Assembly (NCBI RefSeq): GCF_006345805.1
Contig: NW_021825464.1
Span: forward strand, 1 to 16,625
DNA: 16,625 nucleotides
Direction: 5' to 3'
Origin: Octopus sinensis
Taxonomy: Eukaryota
Notes under the pieces: generated by a model
What the model was told of the DNA's origin: nothing
What the model saw: only the letters and a program-made list of their open reading frames with translations
The model's database searches: none
Translations under genes and position numbers: made by a program
Shown: piece by piece, positions 9,241 to 16,625 of the stretch
How the letters are laid out: every line of letters starts with the position of its first letter
How positions within the stretch are numbered: position 1 is the stretch's first letter

Positions 9241-9370
9241 ATTAAGCTTCGTGCAATGTCCATACTCGATAACGAGGGGGCAGCCACCATATATGTATGT
9301 ATGAGTTATATGTGTGCATATTTCGGTTCACGACGGTGCGTCGAGTTGCTCTTTTTGCGGATAAATGCCA

Positions 9371-9515
9371 CTCAACCCTTTCAATAGAGATCAATAAAAT
9401 GACTACCAAACAAATAATTACCGTGGTCAATCGATATAATCGATTGAAACATCTTCCTCGAACCTAATGCCCCAGCATGGCTTCAGTTGTGCAATAACCG
9501 CAGCCAGTAGAAAAC
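9371..9515 (+). mobile_element. Diverged SINE 3' half (A-type central segment plus B-type tail)
   Basis: ccctttc..gatcaataaaatgactacc..ggtcaatcgatataatcgatt..gccccagcatggcttcagt aligns with 980-1046 and 1437-1457. Confidence 0.6.
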
Positions 9516-9909
9516 ATATATAAAATAGGAAAACCACAAAATATGAATACCACAAATTACTTGAACCATTATCTTTTCTTAAACACATCGTCACATGATC
9601 AACCCATCGTCATTACAAATCGTTTCTCGTGTTCTTTCTCAATTTCTTTTTCTTGAATTGCAGGCACAATTTCCTGTTACATATTTATTTATTTATTTAT
9701 TTATTTACTTATTCATTCATTCATCCAAATTTTTTCTTTTTCTTTTCCCTAATATTTATTATTTTTGTCTTTAAGTTTTCATATCTAAAATCTTTCCGTT
9801 TTATCTAAAATTCAATTTGTCTTAGTTTCTTCTTTCCTCTACATTTTTTTTTATTTCTCTTCAATTTTAATTTTCTTTTTTTGCTTCAATTTTTTTCCAA
9901 CTAAATTTA

Positions 9910-9934
9910 TTGTTGTTGTTGCTGCTGCTGCTGC

Positions 9935-9978
<44 letters not shown>

Positions 9979-10076
9979 TATATTATTATTATTATTGTTG
10001 TTGTTGTTGTTGTTATTATTATCATCATCATCATCATTATTATTATTATTATTATTATCATTATTATTATTATCAT

Positions 10077-10126
<50 letters not shown>

Positions 10127-10140
10127 TATTATTATTACTA

Positions 10141-10181
<41 letters not shown>
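9910..10181. repeat. Compound (TTG)n/(CTG)n/(TTA)n/(TCA)n microsatellite
   Basis: Directly visible. Confidence 0.95.
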
Positions 10182-10182
<1 letters not shown>

Positions 10183-10274
10183 GAATTTTTCGAATTTCCT
10201 TTACATATACATTAATTGATTTAAAGCTGTAGAAACAATAAATAAATAAATAAATAACGATTCAAAACGAAAAT

Positions 10275-10328
10275 ACAAACAACAAAAACAACCACGACCA
10301 CAACAACAACCACCACCACCACCACCAC

Positions 10329-10360
<32 letters not shown>

Positions 10361-10382
10361 AATAATAATAATAATAATAATA

Positions 10383-10417
<35 letters not shown>

Positions 10418-10492
10418 AATGATGATGATGATGATAATAATGATAATAATAATAATAATAATAATAATATAATAATAATAATAATAATGATA
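10275..10492. repeat. Compound (AAC)n/(CAC)n/(AAT)n/(GAT)n microsatellite
   Basis: Directly visible; motifs are complementary to those at 9910-10181. Confidence 0.95.
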
Positions 10493-10926
10493 AAACCTCA
10501 AAGTGTTTCATGGGAATATATCTTTTCAGCCTCATAGTCGCCGTATAACTTTTTCCTTCCGAGCCATCAAATATTGTTATATTGTTGTTTGTGTTTGTTT
10601 TCTTGTTTTCTTTTTTTTTTCTTTCACTATAAACTCAATGTGGCATTTTGATTTTGTTTCATTCTTCAACCTAATTTCATTACAGTTCTTGGATTCTGTT
10701 TTATTTGTAGTTATTTTAATTGCGGTTATGTATTTCTACAATGAAACTCTCATGGGCTGAGAAGCTCGTTTAAAAACACGCTGCTAGGAGAAACGAGGTT
10801 AAATTAGAAAAGGATAATAGGAAATGTGGTTAATTATATTAAAACCGTGATGTCTTTAAAAAGTTAATTTATTCCTCGGATTTGAACGAAGTAGAGATTT
10901 AAGAAATCTGAATATTATGTAAGATA

Positions 10927-10946
10927 TCTCTCTCTCTCTTATGCAT

Positions 10947-11015
<69 letters not shown>

Positions 11016-11183
11016 TGTGTGTGTGTATGTGTGTGTATGTGTGTGTTTGTGTGCATGTGTGTATACATACACATAGAAACAAACGTATATATCAATTTAT
11101 TTGTCGCTGTCACGCTCTCTCTCTCTCTCTTTCTCTTTTCCTCTCTCTCTCTCTTTCTCTTTTCCTCTCTCTCTCTTTCTCTG

Positions 11184-11218
<35 letters not shown>

Positions 11219-11292
11219 GCTTGCTCATGCGTTCGCTTTCTATATCACTGTATGTTTGTACGTATGTATGTATGTATGTATATAGATGTATG

Positions 11293-11325
<33 letters not shown>

Positions 11326-11327
11326 AT
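10927..11327. repeat. (CT)n, (TA)n, (TG)n, (TATG)n microsatellite cluster
   Basis: Directly visible. Confidence 0.95.
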
Positions 11328-11582
11328 GAGGTCGCGAGTGCAAATGATGAACGTATGTGTATGTCTAAGTGCGTGTGTAATTGCGTATGAGTGCGTGTTT
11401 GCCTATGTGGGAGTGTGTAATACGGTCGGTCTCTACTCTATTCTTCCCGCCGTTATAATTTAGTCATTGTAAACAAGAGTCAATATGGAATCCTCTTCCT
11501 GGTTCATAAACCTAATTGGCATAACAATCAAATTCTCTTAAATCATGTTATAGCATCTTAACAAACGAAGGTCATATCAAAT

Positions 11583-11640
11583 AATAGTTTTAGATATACG
11601 AAATATAGTCTTTAGATATGCAAAATAGTCCTTAGATATT
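11583..11640. repeat. Degenerate ~20-bp tandem repeat x3 (atagt(c/t)(c/t)ttagatat...)
   Basis: Units begin near 11583, 11604 and 11624. Confidence 0.7.
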
Positions 11641-12264
11641 ATAGACGTGTACAATCCTATTTAGTATGTTCGCATACACTTGGACATAGAAAAAACATAC
11701 GGTGGATAAATTGTTTCTGGGGAAAAATTTCTGCTTATATACAAAATATATGATACACACACGACTAGGTTATGAATGACATCATCGGACCTTAGAACAT
11801 GCGTTTCTGCATCATTGCATGTCGTCAGTTTCGAATATCAAGTCGTCGTTCATAACCACTCAAAATGTTCTGTTCTTATATCAGGATAGCAAATAGTACA
11901 TTCGTTGATGTGTGCAAAACTTTGTCAAGTTGGAACTAATTAATTAGCGGTACACTAAGCAAGGATGTCTGACGTATAGGTGTATACAATCATACTTAAT
12001 ATGTCCGAGTGCACTCTGATACGGAAAGAAATACACAGAAGAAACTGCCTCGGGAGAAAAAAAATCTCTTCTCGTAAACGATATGTACTCAGTCAAATCT
12101 CACCTGGTGGACATAGAAAAGCATATGCTGACTCAAGCTACTTAAAATTTTGCTACTCAGAGTTTTTTAAAGAAGAGTTTTTTTTCAGGCGAAGAGATTT
12201 TCAAGTAGTTAACAACAGATCGTTTTTGCCGACTTTCGACCTCTCCCGCAATCTATCTACATCT

Positions 12265-12364
12265 TTTCACATGCATGCATACTCACACACATATATAGAA
12301 ACATGCAGATATACATACTCACACACACACATATATATATCCCTACACACACAAATATATATAT

Positions 12365-12412
<48 letters not shown>
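12265..12412. repeat. (CA)n/(TA)n microsatellite
   Basis: Directly visible. Confidence 0.9.
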
Positions 12413-12611
12413 ATATTATTAGAGACAAAACCACTATTTAGCAAAACAAACAAGGAAAGACTTAAGCCAATACATAAAATTTAATAAAAAGTCAAAAAAA
12501 CCGCCACTACAATTGTAGTGGCGGTTTTTTTGACTTTATTAAAATTTTATGTATTGATTAAGTCTTTCCTTGTTTGTTTTGCTAAATAAGTGGTTTTGTC
12601 TCTAATAATAT
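12413..12611. repeat. ~200-bp zero-spacer palindrome centred at 12512/12513
   Basis: Perfect 50-bp core at 12488-12537. The ~100-bp arms differ only at a few small indels or substitutions. Confidence 0.97.
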
Positions 12612-12690
12612 TATATAATATTTTCTATAAAATTGGATTTAATCCTAAATCTGATTTTTTCCCTGTAAATTTGGATTTATTCCCTAATTT
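12513..12690 (+). mobile_element. Putative Penelope-like pseudo-LTR fragment with an inverted partial copy on its 5' side
   Basis: The right arm continues as non-simple sequence to 12690 and then becomes TA-rich. The inverted truncated duplicate and the ACAATTGTA|GTG centre fit known Penelope pLTR / minimal-hammerhead architecture. The family assignment rests on recollection, not a search. Confidence 0.5.
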
Positions 12691-12863
12691 ATTATATATA
12701 TATAATATATATATATACATACATATAGACAGATAGACAGACATATCTATAAAATATATATTTACATACATGCATATATACATACACACATATATATACA
12801 TAATATATATAGAATATATATATATTATATATATAATTATATATATACATACATACTACATAC

Positions 12864-12921
<58 letters not shown>

Positions 12922-13158
12922 TGTATGTATTTATATATCAATTCTGTTTGATTTCATATACGTGATATATTCCGTTTCTTTTGTGGCTACTTATTCTCTT
13001 AAACGTTGAGGAAATATTATATATTTATAAAAATTTTTAAGCACTTTTTCATACACCCCTACACACATGTGCACAACACAACACAACACACCCACACACA
13101 CACCACCACACACACACAACAACACACATATATATATAACACATATATATAGACAGAC

Positions 13159-13195
<37 letters not shown>

Positions 13196-13215
13196 TACAT
13201 ATAAATACACACATA

Positions 13216-13278
<63 letters not shown>

Positions 13279-13345
13279 TATATCTACATACATACATACG
13301 CATATATATATATATGCATACACACAAAACCATGTATACTCGCAA
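12691..13345. repeat. (TA)n, (TG)n, (CA)n, (GATA)n microsatellite cluster
   Basis: Directly visible, with a short unique island at about 12935-13060. Confidence 0.9.
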
Positions 13346-14124
13346 AAGCACTTATACATCATACATACAACTACTTAACTGTATTCATAAATACATAGCT
13401 TAACAAGTATATCTCTTCATCTTTCATGTCTCTTGCTTTCAGAAGCGGCCCGTGGCTAGTTCAAATTATCAATATCGAGATCTATCAGTATATATCCTTC
13501 AGCCATCGATCTCAATATTATATCCTCAAACACAGACTATTGTCTTCTTTAGTTCTTTTAAAACTGCCCTCTAATTTTCTCATTTTTCCATATTTAATAT
13601 TTCCCGCATTAATTGAGTTCTCTTCAACATAACACAGTGCTTCTTTTTAAATATCCGGTCCGCTTTGAACATCAAACTCCTAAAGAACAAACTAATAATA
13701 AACGCTAAAAGGGCCTATTTTCCCATTTTTCTTCTTTTTCTTTTGTTTTTTTTCCTTTTCTTCAGCGCTTTTTTTATTTCGTTTTTTTTTTTCTTTTCAT
13801 ATTCTCTCGTATTTTGTTTTTAAAAAAGTGGGGTTTCGGAAGGAAAGAATCAAAGGATATGATCAACATGATTTACAGCAACTGTTTACCAATTCCGACT
13901 TCTATTTTCTAGCAATTCTAATTTACTCTTTTACTTGGTTAGGAAATTCTAATTGGTCCTTGTAGCCCGACAATTTGGTGGCTCCCATTAAGCTGGGGAT
14001 GGATAGAGAGACAACTGAAGATTTAACCTTTATGGCGTACATTTCGAAATAATAAGCTTAGCGTAACTGCTTTATTGTCTCTTACTTATACGCACGCTCG
14101 GATTTAAAGTAACCACTCTAAGTT

Positions 14125-14232
14125 AACTTCTTAGCTTCTGTGGTTTTTGAGATAACTGACTTTTGCTCGGTGCATATGGTTCTAAGTTCGATCCCAGAGC
14201 GTATTATTTGGAGCAAGAGTCTCTCTTCATTT
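14125..14232 (+). repeat. Diverged direct repeat, copy 1 (partner 14935-15067); includes a B-box-like gttcgatccc
   Basis: Shared blocks aacttcttagcttc, tgagataactgac and gatccc..cgtattattt.gagcaa. Confidence 0.7.
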
Positions 14233-14385
14233 ACGTTCTCCATAATATTCTTCCGTAAAGGATCATGAGAGTGTGTGTGTGTGATTTGTTTTCTGTTTTT
14301 GCCTTGTCTTTCTCTTCTATGCTGGATATAAAATTATTAAAGATGTGATGGAGACTGCTACATTGGTCATACATGTACAACATAC

Positions 14386-14835
14386 CTAGTTCTTTACTAC
14401 CCACAAGGGGCTAAACATAGAGGGGACAAACAAGGACAGACAAACGGATTAAGTTGATTATATCGACCCCAGTGCGTAATTGGTACTTAATTTATCGACC
14501 CCGAAAGGATGAAAGGCAAAGTCAACCTCGGTGGAATTTGAACTCAGAACGTAACGGCAGGCGAAATACGGCTACGCATTTCGCCTGGCGTGCTAACGTT
14601 TCTTATTTCTTTATTGCCCACAAGGGGCTAAACATAGAGGGGACAAACAAGGACAGACAAACGGATTAAGTTGATTATATCGACCCCAGTGCGTAATTGG
14701 TACTTAATTTATCGACCCCGAAAGGATGAAAGGCAAAGTCGACCTCGGTGGAATTTGAACTCAGAACGTAACGGCAGGCGAAATACGGCTACGCGTTTCG
14801 CCCGGCGTGCTAACGTTTCGGCCAGCTCGCGACCT
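14386..14835 (-). mobile_element. Head-to-tail dimer of the type A SINE (tail variant 2), 217-bp period, inside one 17-bp TSD
   Basis: 14400-14602 and 14617-14819 differ at 3 positions. TSD atacatgtacaacatac at 14369-14385 and 14836-14852. Confidence 0.93.
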
Positions 14836-14934
14836 ATACATGTACAACATACTCCCGTCGTTTGGCCAAACATTTACAACAAAGATTATCATTAAAAAAA
14901 AATTTGATTCGTATTCGTTGATATATAAAATTTA

Positions 14935-15067
14935 AACTTCTTAGCTTCAGAGGATGAGATAACTGACACTGTCACTCGAGTGTCCAGGAATGAAATCCAC
15001 TTCAAAACCATATTATTCTGAGATAGATCCCTCAACGTATTATTTCGAGCAAAATTTCCTTTCCATT
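14935..15067 (+). repeat. Diverged direct repeat, copy 2 (partner 14125-14232)
   Basis: See copy 1. Confidence 0.7.
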
Positions 15068-15279
15068 TACATTTGGTTTGAGTGAACAAAACCGATTTTT
15101 TATATGTCAAAAGGTTAAGGAACTTGCTTAAAAAAGCTTAGATTTTACTCATATTGCTCTGCATCACCGATAACAAGGCTGTATTGAAAACGAATGATAT
15201 GGAACCAATATTATTGAAAAATTTATCAACCGCCATCGATAAACGTGTTTATTCTGAAACCGAAGTATCCAGTGCTAAC

Positions 15280-15355
15280 GAGAAAACCTCTGTTTGATCT
15301 CTCAGTCTGCTAGAAATAGCAACTATATTTCCATCAAATCACACCCTACAGTGTT
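15280..15355 (-). mobile_element. Probable fragment of an interspersed repeat
   Basis: ctgctagaaatagc..caaatcacaccctac resembles an abundant octopus repeat as I recall it. There is no second copy in this window. Confidence 0.3.
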
Positions 15356-15385
15356 GAGAAATGAAAGAACAAATTACACAGACTC

Positions 15386-15428
15386 TGCGGTAAGAAGCTT
15401 GCTTCACAACCACATGGTTCCGGGTTCG
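15386..15428 (+). mobile_element. Type B SINE head fragment
   Basis: ggtaagaagcttgcttcacaaccacatggttccgggttc matches 1128-1166. Confidence 0.75.
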
Positions 15429-15704
15429 GAGCTGAATGGTGGTTAAACAAAAATACTTTGGTTTTATCTGTTAGTGAGAAGTCCCTGTACGCAGGAGAGA
15501 CGACGGCTCACATGTCATCAGCATTGCCGTACTGTATCTTTAATGAAAACACTATATGTTTTTGGTAGCTGTATTTGTTAGCCAAATAGTAAAATTGCAT
15601 CAGTGAACAGGTGACAGAAATGCGACGAAAATTTAGGTACCTCAAGAAATAACCGAAAATGAATATAACAGTTTCAGCATGTTATTATATGACTAAAATA
15701 GCTC

Positions 15705-15708
<4 letters not shown>

Positions 15709-15749
<41 letters not shown>

Positions 15750-15834
15750 GGAGGAGGAGGAGGAGGAGGAGAAGGAGGAGAAGGAGGAGAAGGAAGAGAA
15801 AAGGATAGATGTATGTTCATAAGCATATACATAC

Positions 15835-15875
<41 letters not shown>

Positions 15876-15890
15876 TATATATACACATGT
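15709..15890. repeat. (GA)n, (GGA)n, (TA)n microsatellites
   Basis: Directly visible. Confidence 0.95.
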
Positions 15891-16015
15891 GAGTGTATGA
15901 GTGTAATATCATTCGTTGGCATACATCCGTGAAATATGTAGAAAATAGCGAGAAAACTGATAAACCGGTGCGTTTGGAAAAAACTAATTCGTGCTATTAA
16001 TTCTGTCCGAGTTAC

Positions 16016-16086
16016 TCAGACATCCGCTTTTTTATCTCTCGCAATTGGAAATGCAGTGAAACAGTGCCTGGCCCTTCCAAACCTAC
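16016..16086 (-). CDS. Candidate 71-nt exon (VGLEGPGTVSLHFQLREIKKRMSx), weak
   Basis: Acceptor gtcgttgtcttag| (AG at 16088-16087) and donor GA|GTAACT (16015). Open in phase 0. No homology recognised. Confidence 0.2.
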
Positions 16087-16214
16087 CTAAGACAACGACG
16101 TTATTATTCCCAAAATACACAAAATATAACACATAAACACACACACACATGTATGCATACTTAGATGCAAGCAAATTATTTTTGCGCTACCGCTACCCAA
16201 ATCCATTCAAGTAC

Positions 16215-16295
16215 CATTCTGTCGTTCCAATAAGGATCAAGAACCAAATTGCCCTTTCCGTTCTTGGCAGTGTTGTCCAATATACTGAGCACCAT
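16215..16295 (-). CDS. Candidate 81-nt exon (MVLSILDNTAKNGKGNLVLDPYWNDRM), weak
   Basis: Acceptor tttaag| (16297-16296) and donor ATG|GTACTT (16214). Phase-compatible with 16016-16086 across a 128-nt gap. Both splice sites are mediocre. Confidence 0.18.
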
Positions 16296-16625
16296 CTTAA
16301 ATTCAAGATAAGTGGGATGTTAAGAGTCTTATCAAGTGTAATTCTTATAATTAAACATGAACTCATACCTCTGGAGTCGAACGAATGACATCTTAACCCT
16401 GTCGTCCGTTGATTCATTGAAAAATTAAACAGAATGTAACAAAGGAGTTTTAACTCGAAATTTTAAAATGCTTTAAATGTTCTCTTCTCCCTAGTCGACA
16501 AACATGTTGAGTGGAATTTCTTTTGTGGCATTATAAATGTTATTTTAGATGTTCAAGACTAAAATGTGTACAAATACTTAATGTCAGTCAGTCTTAGAAG
16601 ATAATCATTCTCCTTAAAAGATATG

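Noticed and set aside
12495-12531. Rho-independent (bidirectional) terminator-like hairpin ccgccactac-aatt-gtagtggcgg followed by T7
   Set aside because: The context is eukaryotic, and this is simply the centre of a 200-bp palindrome.
7046-13443. Other isolated splice-like sites (minus donor near 7050, CAG|GTGAGA at 12104, plus acceptor at 13442)
   Set aside because: Each lacks a convincing partner site or a recognisable open frame, and such hits are frequent in AT-rich DNA.
13471-13519. pre-miRNA-like hairpin aatatcgagatc...gatctcaatatt
   Set aside because: The stem is only about 12-17 bp with mismatches and the loop is large and AT-rich, which is expected by chance.
15142-15297. 51-codon frame resembling a neuropeptide precursor (ILLILLC...DKR...)
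   Set aside because: There is no start codon before the hydrophobic stretch, the stretch is too short for a signal peptide, and the 3' end runs into a probable repeat.
49-16417. The six-frame ORFs as protein-coding genes
   Set aside because: Most are translations of di-, tri- or tetranucleotide repeats or lie inside SINEs (for example, 14454 and 14671 are the two dimer copies). The remainder are short and show no recognisable domain.

Overview
Eukaryotic, AT-rich, repeat-dense genomic DNA with no convincing protein-coding gene. The ORFs in the supplied track are mostly translations of microsatellites or pieces of repeats. The tRNA-derived SINE types and the very high microsatellite load point to an octopus or other coleoid cephalopod genome; this is inferred from remembered repeat sequences, not from a search. 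The window holds about nine full or partial SINE copies built from shuffled head, body and tail modules, and three insertions retain target-site duplications (10, 12 and 17 bp). It also contains a head-to-tail SINE dimer inside a single TSD, a ~370 bp non-autonomous Helitron-like element, a possible RTE-related structured element, and many simple repeats. The most unusual signals are fold-back structures. These are a ~200 bp zero-spacer palindrome (12413-12611, probably a Penelope pseudo-LTR inversion centred on a hammerhead helix-III motif), a mirror-ordered compound-microsatellite hairpin (5885-5980), and a ~90 bp inverted repeat (5280-5370 / 6100-6194) that brackets that hairpin. A few minus-strand exon candidates exist but are weak. 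The window is most likely intronic or intergenic.
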